From Myxococcales bacterium (GTDB taxonomy: Bacteria > Myxococcota_A > Polyangia > Polyangiales > DASUME01), in the NCBI GenBank assembly GCA_047601445.1, contig JASGJH010000001.1, forward strand, positions 7,744,001 to 7,808,000: a DNA stretch of 64,000 nucleotides. The letters run 5' to 3'. Below the pieces are notes generated by a model that worked only from the letters and a program-made list of their open reading frames with translations, was not told the DNA's origin and did not search any database. Both the position numbers and the translations under genes were made by a program. This document shows, in pieces, positions 9,005 to 18,447 of this stretch. Position 1 is the stretch's first letter. Every line of letters begins with the position of its first letter.

Positions 9005-9805
9005 GTGGGCAAGAAGAAGAAGCCGAGGGGCCCGCTGCCTCCCCCGTTCGGGAGCAGCATCGAGGACGCAGAGGAAGCCGAGCCCAAGCCGGTTCTGCCG
9101 CGTGCACCGGAGCGTCTCGCCTCGCCTTTCAAGCAAGCGCTGTCGGGTCTGAAGAAGGAACTCGACGAGCGCGCCAAGGCGGCACAAACCAAGCCCAAGG
9201 CACCCGTACCCCCACCCGTGGCACGGCCCATCAAGCGCGACAAGACGCTGCCCGAGGACGACGCCATGGCCCTGAGCCTCGCCATGCAGGGGGTCAAGCG
9301 ACTCGATGACAAGCAGGCCGGACGGGTCTCGGCCAACGCGCCCAAGTTCGCCAGTCGCACGGCCCAGGTGGTGCCGTTTGGGGAGAGCGCGGAGGATCAG
9401 GCCCGCGCCCGCCTGCAGGCCCTGGTGGCGCAGGACGTTCGCTTTCGCATCGAAGGCGACCGTGACTTCGTGAGCGGGTCACGCATCGACGCCGACGCGC
9501 GCGTGGTGCGTGAGCTGCGCCGGCGTACGCGCGCGGCGGAGACCCTCGACCTGCACGGCATGAATCAGCGCGAGAGTCGCGAGGCCGTGGTCAGCTTCAT
9601 CCGTCGCTGCCACACCAAGGGCATCGACATCGTATGCATCGTTCACGGCAAGGGCCAGCACAGCGAGGCGGGACTCGGTGTGCTGCGAGACACCGCGGTA
9701 AAGGCGCTTACGGAAACCGGTGCCGCTCCCCTGGTGCGAGCCTTCGTTACGGCGCCCGACGTGCTCGGCGGAGCCGGCGCGCTCTTGGTCGAGCTCAAGC
9801 GCTGA
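9005..9805 (+). CDS. Smr/MutS2-domain protein (putative endonuclease)
   Basis: LDLHG, IVHGKGQHS and GGAGALLV motifs; RBS GAGGAGG. Confidence 0.88.
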   Translation: MGKKKKPRGPLPPPFGSSIEDAEEAEPKPVLPRAPERLASPFKQALSGLKKELDERAKAAQTKPKAPVPPPVARPIKRDKTLPEDDAMALSLAMQGVKRLDDKQAGRVSANAPKFASRTAQVVPFGESAEDQARARLQALVAQDVRFRIEGDRDFVSGSRIDADARVVRELRRRTRAAETLDLHGMNQRESREAVVSFIRRCHTKGIDIVCIVHGKGQHSEAGLGVLRDTAVKALTETGAAPLVRAFVTAPDVLGGAGALLVELKR

Positions 9806-9864
9806 GCCTCACAGTCACCCCAGCGGTGTGAGCCATCCGGCACTGCTGACGGCCCTGCGAGACG

Positions 9865-10968
9865 TTGCGACCGATTCGTCTAGCCGGGCTCCTCTTCGCG
9901 CTCGTGTTGTTCAGCGCGCCCTGCGCTCTCGCCGATGGAGGTACGCCGGCGCCGCGCCTGCGGGAGCGCTTCGGCATGCGATTCAGCGCTTACCTCTCGC
10001 TGTTCGTGAGCAGCGATCAGACCGATCAACTCGGCTTCGATCGCTTCGGCTTGCTCGGCGACTTGAGCATGACCGTCAACCTGCTGCCCTGGCTCACCAC
10101 CGAGCTGGGCGGCACCGGCGGCAGCTTCCTCATCAAGAAGGGGGCCGAGTTCGTCACGTACCAGCTCCACGTCAAACCGAACGGCGGCCTGTTGGCGCCC
10201 ACGCTCGGCGTGCGCGTGCACGCACCCAATCGCCAGCTCTCGCCCTTCGTTGCCTTCAGCGCTGGGCCCGCGTTCACGGGCGAGCTCATCCGCCCGCTCC
10301 TGCAGGCGAGCTTCGGGCTCGACATCGCCGTGAGGCGTGGCGTGACCCTCGGGCCTTACTTCGGGTACGGTCGGGTGCTGCAGAAGAACGGTCCGGAGTA
10401 CACGACCGACGCCAGCTACTTCTCGGTGGGCATCACCATGGCCTATCGGCCTCTGCCCCCTCAGAAACCGCGCGTGGTGCGAACCCATTCCATCGAGCGC
10501 GTGGTGGAGCGCATCCACACCCACAGCGAGAGTCCGCCGCGTGAGCCCCCAGTCGATGACAAGGAGCTCGATCAGCTGCTCGATCAAGCGCTGCCCCCCG
10601 CGCGCACCGACCGCATGGAGCTGCTGGCGCCCGTGCTCTTCGCCTTCGACTCCGATCAGCTCGAGCCAGTGGGAGTCGCCATGCTCCACGAAGTCGCAAG
10701 CCTGCTCAAGCAGCGTCCCGACATCGAGCTCCTGGCCATTCTGGGCTTCGCTGACAAGCGTGGATCCAGCACTTACAACCTCGACCTCTCCACGCGGCGC
10801 GCCGAGCGTGTGCGCGCCTGGCTGATCGAACACGGCATCGAGGGACAGCGCCTCGAGGTTCAAACCCAGGGAGCCACGAACTTCGTCGAGGCCGGCGAGA
10901 GCGAGGCGGAGCACGAGCAGAACCGCCGCGTGATCTTCCGTGTGTTGCGCCTGAGGAGCTCTCCATGA
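9865..10968 (+). CDS. OmpA-family protein (N-terminal beta-barrel, C-terminal peptidoglycan-binding domain)
   Basis: Signal peptide; FAFDSD, GFADKRGSSTYNLDLSTRRA, NRRV motifs. Confidence 0.85.
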   Translation: MRPIRLAGLLFALVLFSAPCALADGGTPAPRLRERFGMRFSAYLSLFVSSDQTDQLGFDRFGLLGDLSMTVNLLPWLTTELGGTGGSFLIKKGAEFVTYQLHVKPNGGLLAPTLGVRVHAPNRQLSPFVAFSAGPAFTGELIRPLLQASFGLDIAVRRGVTLGPYFGYGRVLQKNGPEYTTDASYFSVGITMAYRPLPPQKPRVVRTHSIERVVERIHTHSESPPREPPVDDKELDQLLDQALPPARTDRMELLAPVLFAFDSDQLEPVGVAMLHEVASLLKQRPDIELLAILGFADKRGSSTYNLDLSTRRAERVRAWLIEHGIEGQRLEVQTQGATNFVEAGESEAEHEQNRRVIFRVLRLRSSP

Positions 10969-12089
10969 GTCTTACCCGAAGAGCACGCGCCCTGTGCGTC
11001 GCACTCGCGTTTGGCGCGCTGGGGGCGGATTGCCGCTTGGGCCGCCAGGTGGTGGACCAGCTGCCGACCAAAGAGATCCCGAGCTTTTGCGCGCCCAAGC
11101 CGTGCGAGCTCCCCTCTCCGCCCACCTTCGAGTTGCCCCAGTTCTTGGCGGCCACCTCGGTTTGCCCCGAGGATTCGTGCGCTCAAGTCGCGCCCGAGAG
11201 TGTGGTCGATGGGACTCAGCGGAACTCCGTACGGATCTCCTACGCCACACGAGATCCCATCGACGTCACACTCTCGGGCATCACGCTCTCCGACATGTCG
11301 CTCGAGCTGTCGGGGCCCGTGACCTTGCGCATCGTGGGCCAGAGCGTCCTGCTACGTACGCACATCACACTCACGCGCACGCCGGACGGTACGCCGCGTC
11401 TGTCGTTCGAGGAGTCCGAGCTGCACACGGTGACGATCGAAGATCAGGGCGCCAACGCCGGACTCGCTGCCGGCAGGGTCGAGCTCGTCCGCTGCACGCT
11501 CGACGCAATGCATGCCGCGGTGGAAGAACTCTCGCTGCACAGCTGTCAATCCAACGGCCTGAGCCTGAGGAACCTGTTCTTCGAGGCCGTGGACACCAAC
11601 ATCGCAAGCGCCGAGATGTCGTTCGAAGAGGCCTTCTTGGCTTCGGTCAAGGCAGTCAACGTACGGACTCGTGCGTGCGGCGACTTGACCACGGCCCTCA
11701 CCAGCTTCGTTGGCGACGCCTCGGAGATCGGGCCCTGTCAGAGCCTGCGTTTGCAGCGCAGCAGCGTGACTCATGGCCTTCTGGACGGCCCCGTGCACGG
11801 CGAGACCGCGATGGTAGAGAGCGTGCTGATCGGGAGCCGCGCGCCCACCAACCTGGACCTCTGGGAGGGCCTCGTGAATTCCAGTGTGTTCTGTGCGCAG
11901 GCGGGAGCGCTACGCATGGACAACAGCACCGCCGTGCGCTGCTCGAGTTGTGAAGGCGCGCCCGCTCTCTCCGCGTGCTTCCTCGCTGAGTTCCCCTCGC
12001 AGGACTTCGTGAATCCCTGTGAGCGGCTCCAGGCGCTCGAGCTCCTGTCGTGTCAGCCGCCATGGCCCATGGCCACCTATCCGAACTAG
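10965..12089 (+). CDS. Hypothetical exported/lipoprotein, Cys-rich, probably beta-rich
   Basis: ATGA overlap with ompA; hydrophobic N-terminus ending LGADC; many Cys residues. Confidence 0.6.
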   Translation: MSLTRRARALCVALAFGALGADCRLGRQVVDQLPTKEIPSFCAPKPCELPSPPTFELPQFLAATSVCPEDSCAQVAPESVVDGTQRNSVRISYATRDPIDVTLSGITLSDMSLELSGPVTLRIVGQSVLLRTHITLTRTPDGTPRLSFEESELHTVTIEDQGANAGLAAGRVELVRCTLDAMHAAVEELSLHSCQSNGLSLRNLFFEAVDTNIASAEMSFEEAFLASVKAVNVRTRACGDLTTALTSFVGDASEIGPCQSLRLQRSSVTHGLLDGPVHGETAMVESVLIGSRAPTNLDLWEGLVNSSVFCAQAGALRMDNSTAVRCSSCEGAPALSACFLAEFPSQDFVNPCERLQALELLSCQPPWPMATYPN

Positions 12090-12100
12090 GGCACCGCGCC

Positions 12101-13552
12101 CTAGCTCGCGTCGACACGTTCGTGGGCCGCGAGCGGCGCCGCGATCTGCTCGAGCGAGCGCTGTTCGGCTGCCACCGCGAGCTTGAAGGCCACCAGCGCT
12201 GCGGTGAGCATCAAGCCCGCTCCGAGCCCGTAGCCCAAGAACACCTCCGAACGACTGCCGCGATCGATCAAGAAGCCGAATAGCGCCGGCGCCGCGAGAC
12301 CGCCCATGGCCGTGCCGATGGAGTAGAACAGCGCGATCGCGCGTGCCCTGATCTCGAGCGGGAACAGCTCGCTCACCGTGAGGTAGGCCGAGCTCGCGGC
12401 TGCGGAGCCGAAGAAGAACACCACCGCCCAGGCCACCGTCTGCGTGGTCGCGTTCAACAGCCCTGCCTTGAACAGCCAGCCCGTCAGCAAAAGCAAGATG
12501 CCTGATGCCGCGTAGGTCGTGACGATCAAGGGCCTGCGTCCCACCGTGTCGAACATGCGTCCGAGCAGCAAAGGGCCCGTGAAGTTGGCGAGCGCGAACA
12601 CGATCAGCGAGTAGCCCACGTGCTCGGCCTCCACGCCGAAGAAGCGCGTCAGGATCAACGCGTAGGTAAAGAAGATGGCGTTGTAGAAGAAGGCCTGCGC
12701 CACCATCAACGTGAGCCCCAGCACCGCGCGCTCTCGGTAGCGCCCGAAGATCACGCGCAGCGCCTGCGCATAGCCCACCTTTTGACCCGGCCAGAGCGTG
12801 ATCCAGTGTTCCACCGGCGCCAGCTCGCCGCACGCCGCGCGTGCGCGCTCCTCGATGCCTTCCACCACCAGGCGGGCCTCGCTCTCTCTTCCGTGCAAGA
12901 TCAGCCAGCGCGGGCTCTCGGGCACGTAGTGGCGCACCAACGCGACCGCCACCGTGAGCACGGCGCCCGCGCCGAAGGCGAGACGCCAGCCCAGGGATTC
13001 TGGGACGATCTGCGGATCGAGCAGCACCACCGTGAGCACGGCGCCGAGCGCGGTGCCGAGCCAGTAGCTGCCGTTGATCGCGAGGTCCACGAAGCCGCGC
13101 ACGCGCGCCGGCAAGAGCTCGTCGATGGCCGAGTTGATGGCCGCGTACTCCCCACCGATGGCGGCCCCGGTGAGCAGCCGAAAACAAGCGAACGAATAGA
13201 AGTCCCACGACGCAGCCGTGAGGACGGTGGCGATCACGTACAGACCCAGCGTCACCAGGAACAGCCGCTTGCGTCCGAAGTGATCCGTGAGGTGTCCGAA
13301 CAGCAACGAGCCCGCGATGGCCCCGGTCAAATAGGCCGTGGCCGCGCCGCCGATCTGCGTGCTGGTCAGGCCCAGCGTGGTCGGTCGTTCGAGCACGCTG
13401 GCCACCGCGCTCACCATGGTGACCTCGAGCCCGTCGAGGACCCAGGTAATGCCCAGCGCGAGCACCACCAGCCAGTGGAAGCCGAACCACGGCAGGCGAT
13501 CGAGCCTGGTCGGCAGGTCCGTTTCGATGGCTGTGGCGCCCGCGCCAGTCAC
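12101..13552 (-). CDS. MFS transporter (sugar/metabolite porter-like)
   Basis: GHLTDHFGRKR, ELLPARVRG, PESPRWL, SELFPLEIRA motifs; about 12 hydrophobic segments. Confidence 0.9.
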   Translation of the reverse strand: MTGAGATAIETDLPTRLDRLPWFGFHWLVVLALGITWVLDGLEVTMVSAVASVLERPTTLGLTSTQIGGAATAYLTGAIAGSLLFGHLTDHFGRKRLFLVTLGLYVIATVLTAASWDFYSFACFRLLTGAAIGGEYAAINSAIDELLPARVRGFVDLAINGSYWLGTALGAVLTVVLLDPQIVPESLGWRLAFGAGAVLTVAVALVRHYVPESPRWLILHGRESEARLVVEGIEERARAACGELAPVEHWITLWPGQKVGYAQALRVIFGRYRERAVLGLTLMVAQAFFYNAIFFTYALILTRFFGVEAEHVGYSLIVFALANFTGPLLLGRMFDTVGRRPLIVTTYAASGILLLLTGWLFKAGLLNATTQTVAWAVVFFFGSAAASSAYLTVSELFPLEIRARAIALFYSIGTAMGGLAAPALFGFLIDRGSRSEVFLGYGLGAGLMLTAALVAFKLAVAAEQRSLEQIAAPLAAHERVDAS

Positions 13553-13881
13553 TAGCTGTTCATTCGCGGACTGCCGATACGAGCGCAGTGTTGGAGCTCT
13601 TGCAGCCGCTCATCGTCGATGCCGGGTACCCGTCGCCGGACGTCCTCCCAGCTGAGGAAGTGCCCGTACAAGGTCCGGTGCACCACGATGGCGCGGGCCT
13701 CGTACTCGCCGATGGATTCTATCTCCATGAGTTGTTCACGTGTCGCGTGGTTGAGGTCGATGCTTTGAGTGAGCGCCGCGTTGCCGTCTGCGCCGGGGGC
13801 CGTTTCGCCTTGCCATAGTGGACCGTGCCGTTTGCGGGACTGCTCCTGAGCATTGGCGCGATTTCTGTTCACGTTGTGCAT
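13552..13881 (-). CDS. Small helix-hairpin-helix (ComEA-like) DNA-binding protein
   Basis: IDLNHATREQLMEIESIG...ARAIV...G.F.SWEDV..VPGI pattern; ATG 13881 with AGGAG RBS. Confidence 0.75.
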   Translation of the reverse strand: MHNVNRNRANAQEQSRKRHGPLWQGETAPGADGNAALTQSIDLNHATREQLMEIESIGEYEARAIVVHRTLYGHFLSWEDVRRRVPGIDDERLQELQHCARIGSPRMNS

Positions 13882-14127
13882 CGCTACTCCTAGGTGATGT
13901 CCATCAACTAACGCATTCGTCCAGTCGAACCGCCGGGCTCCCCTCCTTGTTCTGGGCTGCGCACCGAATTGCGCCGGCCCCGCCCGCGATCCGCTGCAAT
14001 GCGTCAGAAGTAGGCACCGCACGAGCCCATGCTCGTATGTTCTTGCGGACCCGCGAGCGCCTCAAACGGGGGCGTTCCTTTGACGCAGTCCGGAAACTCG
14101 GGCGACGTCACGTCGGGATACGGGAGC

Positions 14128-14883
14128 TCAGTCGAGTGAGCCGTCGCCGGTGATCGCCACGAGAGCGCGCGCGATCGAACCATGATCCCGCACCAGATCG
14201 TGCGGCCGGGCCTCGTGGAGCAAGCGTCCTCGGCTCACCATCCAGACCCAGTCGGCGCTCTCCTCGACATGCTTGAAATCACTGCACACCACGACCGCCG
14301 CCCCGCCCTGGGACCGGTGCTCCGCGAGGGCGCGCCACAACGTCTCCTGGGCAGCCTCGTCGAGGCCCACGAACGGTTCGTCGAGCAACCACAGGAGGGG
14401 GCTGTGCAGCATGCTGAGTGCCACGTGCAGTCGTTGCTGCACGCCGGCGGTCTCCGACTCCACCAAATCGTCCAGGGATTCCACCAGGCCGAGCTGGCGG
14501 GCAACACGCTCGATACGCGGCGCTCGGTCGGCCTCGGGCAGCTTGGCGATCGCCGCGAATAGGCTCAGGTGATCGTGGACGCTGAGATCGGGCGCTAGCT
14601 CCGGTCGCTGCGCGCAATAGCCGATGTTGTGGGCCCGCGCTTCGTTACTCTGCCCTAGCGAGAGCCCGTAGCGTATCAGCCCGGCCACCGGCATCAGCCG
14701 CCCCGCCAGCAGGCGCAGCAGGTCACTCTTGCCAGCTCCCTTCGCCCCCAACAGCGCGTAGATTTGGCCCGGTTGCACGCGCAGGCTCACGCGGGCGAGC
14801 GGCGCGTGGTCTTCGCGTCCTGGCACGAGCCGGGTGCTCACCTCTTCGAGTGTCACCACGGGCTCTGTCTCTGGCAGGCTCAC
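14128..14883 (-). CDS. ABC transporter ATP-binding protein (degenerate signature)
   Basis: Walker A GAKGAGKS, Walker B LLDEPFVGLD; signature reads ETAGVQQR. Confidence 0.8.
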   Translation of the reverse strand: MSLPETEPVVTLEEVSTRLVPGREDHAPLARVSLRVQPGQIYALLGAKGAGKSDLLRLLAGRLMPVAGLIRYGLSLGQSNEARAHNIGYCAQRPELAPDLSVHDHLSLFAAIAKLPEADRAPRIERVARQLGLVESLDDLVESETAGVQQRLHVALSMLHSPLLWLLDEPFVGLDEAAQETLWRALAEHRSQGGAAVVVCSDFKHVEESADWVWMVSRGRLLHEARPHDLVRDHGSIARALVAITGDGSLD

Positions 14884-14993
14884 GCGCTTCCGTTCCCCCT
14901 GGCGGCTGAGCGTGCCATTGCGTCACCACTGCTGGCAAGCAGGCGCGCCCACTCGGAGTGGTCCGGATCCATTCGTGCTGCTAGCTTGGCACG

Positions 14994-15827
14994 ATGCTTG
15001 ACGCGCTCGAAGTGGAGTTGAAGGCAGCCAAGGCGCTCGCGCTGGAGGCAGGCCGCATCCTGCTGTCCATTTACGCCAAGGACTTTTCGGTTGCCTACAA
15101 GGGCACGAACAACCCGGTCACCGAGGCCGACCAACAGGTCAACACGTTCCTGGTGCGCGAGTTGCGTCAGCGCTTCCCCGAAGACGGCATCGTCGCCGAG
15201 GAGACGGACGACCAGAGTGAGGCCCAGCACAAGCGGCGCTGCTGGTTCGTCGATCCGCTCGATGGCACCAAGGAGTTCATCGCCAAGAATGGCGAGTTTT
15301 CCGTGATGATCGGCCTGGCGGTCGATGGGGCCAGTCAGCTTGGGGTGGTGTATCAGCCATCCCTGGACAAGCTCTACGCCGGGGTCGTGGGACGCGGCGC
15401 CACGCTCACGCAGCAGGGCAGCGAGCGAGCTCTTCGCGTGAGCGAGCAGAGCGACCCGCGTGAGTTGCGCCTCGTGGTATCGCGTTCGCATCGCCCGGAG
15501 AGCATCGAGCAAATCATGCAAAGGCTCGGTGCCAGTCGCGAGATGCCAAGTGGCTCGGTGGGCGTGAAGGTGGGGCTCATCGCCGAGCAGAGCGCAGACC
15601 TCTACGTGCACGTATCGGACAAGAGCTCGCTCTGGGACGCTTGTGGGCCTGAGGCCATCTTGAAGGCTGCCGGCGGACGCTTCAGCCACGTGGATGGTTC
15701 CCAGGTGAACTACCGCGCGCGGGAGATGGCCAATCAGAAGGGCATTCTTGCCTGCAACAGCGCGAGCTACGCACCCGTCCTCGAGGCAGTGCGCGACGTC
15801 TCGCGCAGCATCGGCTTCATTCAGTAG
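14994..15827 (+). CDS. cysQ: 3'(2'),5'-bisphosphate nucleotidase CysQ / inositol monophosphatase family
   Basis: PVTEAD, WFVDPLDGTKEFI, SRSH, WDACGPEAIL motifs. Confidence 0.85.
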   Translation: MLDALEVELKAAKALALEAGRILLSIYAKDFSVAYKGTNNPVTEADQQVNTFLVRELRQRFPEDGIVAEETDDQSEAQHKRRCWFVDPLDGTKEFIAKNGEFSVMIGLAVDGASQLGVVYQPSLDKLYAGVVGRGATLTQQGSERALRVSEQSDPRELRLVVSRSHRPESIEQIMQRLGASREMPSGSVGVKVGLIAEQSADLYVHVSDKSSLWDACGPEAILKAAGGRFSHVDGSQVNYRAREMANQKGILACNSASYAPVLEAVRDVSRSIGFIQ

Positions 15828-15853
15828 CTGGGCGGATTCCCGCGAGCACACGC

Positions 15854-15932
15854 GTGAGCGTAGCGAACCTCGCTGTGGGGTGGGTCCCGACGCAGCTTTG
15901 CTGCGACGGGCAGGGAGGTCGCGTGACCTCCC
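15854..15932 (-). repeat. Dispersed REP-like repeat, copy B
   Basis: Minus strand: GGGAGGTCACGCGACCTCCC...GCAGCAAAGCTGC...CCCACCCCAC...AGGTTCGCTACGCTCAC; lies between convergent genes. Confidence 0.75.
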
Positions 15933-15939
15933 CGTTCAA

Positions 15940-16608
15940 TTAATTCAGATCGGCGCGGCGGGTGTTGCGACCGCGGCCCTTGCCCACTAGCTGCAAGGTC
16001 GGCGGCTTGAGCGCGGACAAGTTGGGCTGAAACGCCTTGCCTGGCCGACGCTCCTTGAGCCACAGCATCGCCTCTTTCAGCATCAGCTTGTTGGAGATGG
16101 CGAGTTGCTGCGTGAGATCGGTGAGGTCGAGCGTGGAGAACAGCGTATCGCCGAGCGCGAACGGAAACATGCTCGGGACGTTGCCGCGCGCATACTCGAG
16201 CAGCCATGCACCCGGCCGCAGCTTGGAACCGTTGGCGACTCCGGGCTGGAGGCACGCGAGATCTCCGGCGCGATGTACCTGGCGATCGAACCTACCCGCC
16301 TGGTAGGTCCACAATTCGCCGCTCATCACGGCGTCATAGACCGTGGCGCGGTGGCGTCCGCTGTGACCTTCGCTGCCGATGGCCGTGCCGCAGAACAGCA
16401 AGTACTCGTTGAGGCTCACGTGCAGCGGGCTGACGGAGCACATGATCCCGCCCGCGGTGCTCCACATCCAGGGCTGCCCCGGATTCACGTGGTCACCGTA
16501 GATTTTCTTGAGTGTCTGCGAGATCGCCTCGACCTGTTCCTCGACGGGCAAATCCAGGTGCATGCGCACCACTTGAGCGAGAACTTCAGGGTCGAACAGG
16601 TAGCGCAT
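15940..16608 (-). CDS. ERG2 / sigma-1 receptor family protein (C-8 sterol isomerase-like)
   Basis: AGG.M, LH.SL.EY, GTAIGSEGHSGRH, W.LEYARG..PSM.PFAL.DT.FSTLD motifs as in ERG2/SIGMAR1. Confidence 0.9.
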   Translation of the reverse strand: MRYLFDPEVLAQVVRMHLDLPVEEQVEAISQTLKKIYGDHVNPGQPWMWSTAGGIMCSVSPLHVSLNEYLLFCGTAIGSEGHSGRHRATVYDAVMSGELWTYQAGRFDRQVHRAGDLACLQPGVANGSKLRPGAWLLEYARGNVPSMFPFALGDTLFSTLDLTDLTQQLAISNKLMLKEAMLWLKERRPGKAFQPNLSALKPPTLQLVGKGRGRNTRRADLN

Positions 16609-16772
16609 AGGTAAGGATTCCCTACCCCAAAGCGGTGCCCCTCGTCCAGTGCCCTAGGTCCAGCTCAGCGTGTCATGTGTAACAGGGTGAGCGCGCTGTC
16701 CGCGCAGCCACGTGCCGACGCCGAGCGAGCTCGAACTGTTCGGCACACTTCGGCAGCACTGGCGGCCGAGGG

Positions 16773-18113
16773 TCAGTCCGGCTGGAAGACTCGGTTTTGA
16801 GTGCGATCGTCGTCATAGAACCGCTGGCTCCGATCGAAGGTCGCCGCGCCGAACGCGTTGACCGCTACCGCGAAGACCAGGCACGCATAGAAACCCACGC
16901 GAAAGCGCCGCGCCCCCAGCGCCAGCAAGACGAACATGAAGGCCATGTAGTCGAGCGCGAAGCGATAGCCGAACTGAACCCAGCCGCTGTTCTGGTAACA
17001 CAGGTTGGCGAGACCCACCGCAGCCACCGCCAGGATGAGCCCCACCATGCGCGCGTCCACGCGCTTGGGCCACAGCAGCCAGAGCAGAGCTGGTGTGGTG
17101 AACCACAGTGCGAGCCCGTGTCGACTGATGGTCACGTAGGGCGGGGTGTCGGAAAGCCAGGGCAGGCTCGCCAGGAACACCGCCAGGTTCTTGCTGAAGT
17201 AGTGGTAGTGAAACAGTCCCCAGCGGTCGATGCGCCCCTTCCAACGGATTTGGAGGTACTCGTGTCCAAACACGAAGGGATCGCCGAAACGCGCCGCGTT
17301 GAACCAGAGGTAAAGCCCGAAGAGTGCCGCCATCGGCAGAGCGAACAGGACCAGGCGAGGTAGGGCTGCCTTGAAGTCGGTGGCGAGCACCCAGCGCATG
17401 GCTCGCGTGAGCGGGTGGGGCACGTCGCTATCCGCGGCGTTGCTGCCGATCTCGGTGGGCGCGTGGCCGGCTCTCTGATGGGCCCGCAGCAACTCGACCA
17501 CGAAGAAGGAGCCCGCTAGCAGGGTCGTCGGGCGACAGCCCCAGGCGAGCCCGAGGCACAGCCCTGCCAACAACGGATGGGCAGCATCCAAGCTCGCGAG
17601 CACGAACAGCAAGAGCAGCACGGACGCCACCACATGGGCCGAGAACCAGACGCTGCCCTGCACGCTCGTGTAGAAGAACACGGTGCCGAAGGCGAAGAGC
17701 CCGGTCAGGACCAGGTTCTCGCGCCGCCCACGCGGGCTATCCCCGCGCCGAGATAGGCGCTCCAGCAGCACGAACAGCAAGGCCGGGGCTACCCCCGCCA
17801 GGATTGCCCAAATTAGCCGGTCCGGGGTCGCCAGGTCCCAAATGGCCACGGCGGGCAAGAGCACCAGCGCCGGCACGGGGGGAAATGTGACGTACCAAGT
17901 GCCGTTGTAGAGCGCCCAGTCGTTGTTGCCCGGGGGCCGGTTCCCGACCACCGAGAGCTGGCCATTCAAGAAGCTGCGGGCCAGGTGGACATAGTGGTTG
18001 TTGGGGGAGGGGCTGAGCGGTGCTTCACCCAAAAAAAGCACGTACACGCAGGCGCAGACGAGAAAGATGGCGACTGGCAAGGCGGCACGGCGGGCCATGG
18101 GTGGGCGCAGCAT
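16773..18113 (-). CDS. Polytopic membrane protein, possibly a GT-C-fold glycosyltransferase
   Basis: Many TM segments; LARSFLNGQL, YVTFPP.P, NAARFGDPF.FG, QFGYRFALD motifs. Confidence 0.55.
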   Translation of the reverse strand: MLRPPMARRAALPVAIFLVCACVYVLFLGEAPLSPSPNNHYVHLARSFLNGQLSVVGNRPPGNNDWALYNGTWYVTFPPVPALVLLPAVAIWDLATPDRLIWAILAGVAPALLFVLLERLSRRGDSPRGRRENLVLTGLFAFGTVFFYTSVQGSVWFSAHVVASVLLLLFVLASLDAAHPLLAGLCLGLAWGCRPTTLLAGSFFVVELLRAHQRAGHAPTEIGSNAADSDVPHPLTRAMRWVLATDFKAALPRLVLFALPMAALFGLYLWFNAARFGDPFVFGHEYLQIRWKGRIDRWGLFHYHYFSKNLAVFLASLPWLSDTPPYVTISRHGLALWFTTPALLWLLWPKRVDARMVGLILAVAAVGLANLCYQNSGWVQFGYRFALDYMAFMFVLLALGARRFRVGFYACLVFAVAVNAFGAATFDRSQRFYDDDRTQNRVFQPD

Positions 18114-18153
18114 AGCCGAGGGGCAGAAGGCAGTGCTTCTTTTGGCGATTCAT

Positions 18154-18313
18154 CGGGAGGGCACGAGCCCTCCCGCCCAGCGCGGCTTTGTTCACGGGGA
18201 GGTCACGCGACCTCCCCACCGGTCGCCGCGAGGCTGCGCGGCTCCCGCCCCACCGCGAGTTCGCCGCGCTCACCGCGCTGGGCCCCACCCACCGCGAGGT
18301 TCGCTGCGCTCAC
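18154..18313 (+). repeat. Dispersed REP-like repeat, copy C (extra hairpin variant and duplicated 3' module)
   Basis: CGGGAGGGCACGAGCCCTCCCG (18154-18175), GGGGAGGTCACGCGACCTCCCC (18196-18217), then two modules ending GTTCGC(C/T)GCGCTCAC at 18273 and 18313. Confidence 0.75.
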
Positions 18314-18447
18314 CCGGCAGCTTGGCTTCAACGTTTGGCGGTTCTCGGGCCACAGCCCGTGCCCTTCCTTGACCGTGCCCGAGCGCCGCCTTATCCCATC
18401 GCTCAGCCGCGCGCGTCGCCTGCGGCATCCAAGGAGTTTGCCTCGTC

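Noticed and set aside
14986..15002. Sigma54-like TTGGCACGATGCTTGA
   Set aside because: Overlaps the cysQ start codon and lacks the -12 GC, so it is unlikely to drive cysQ
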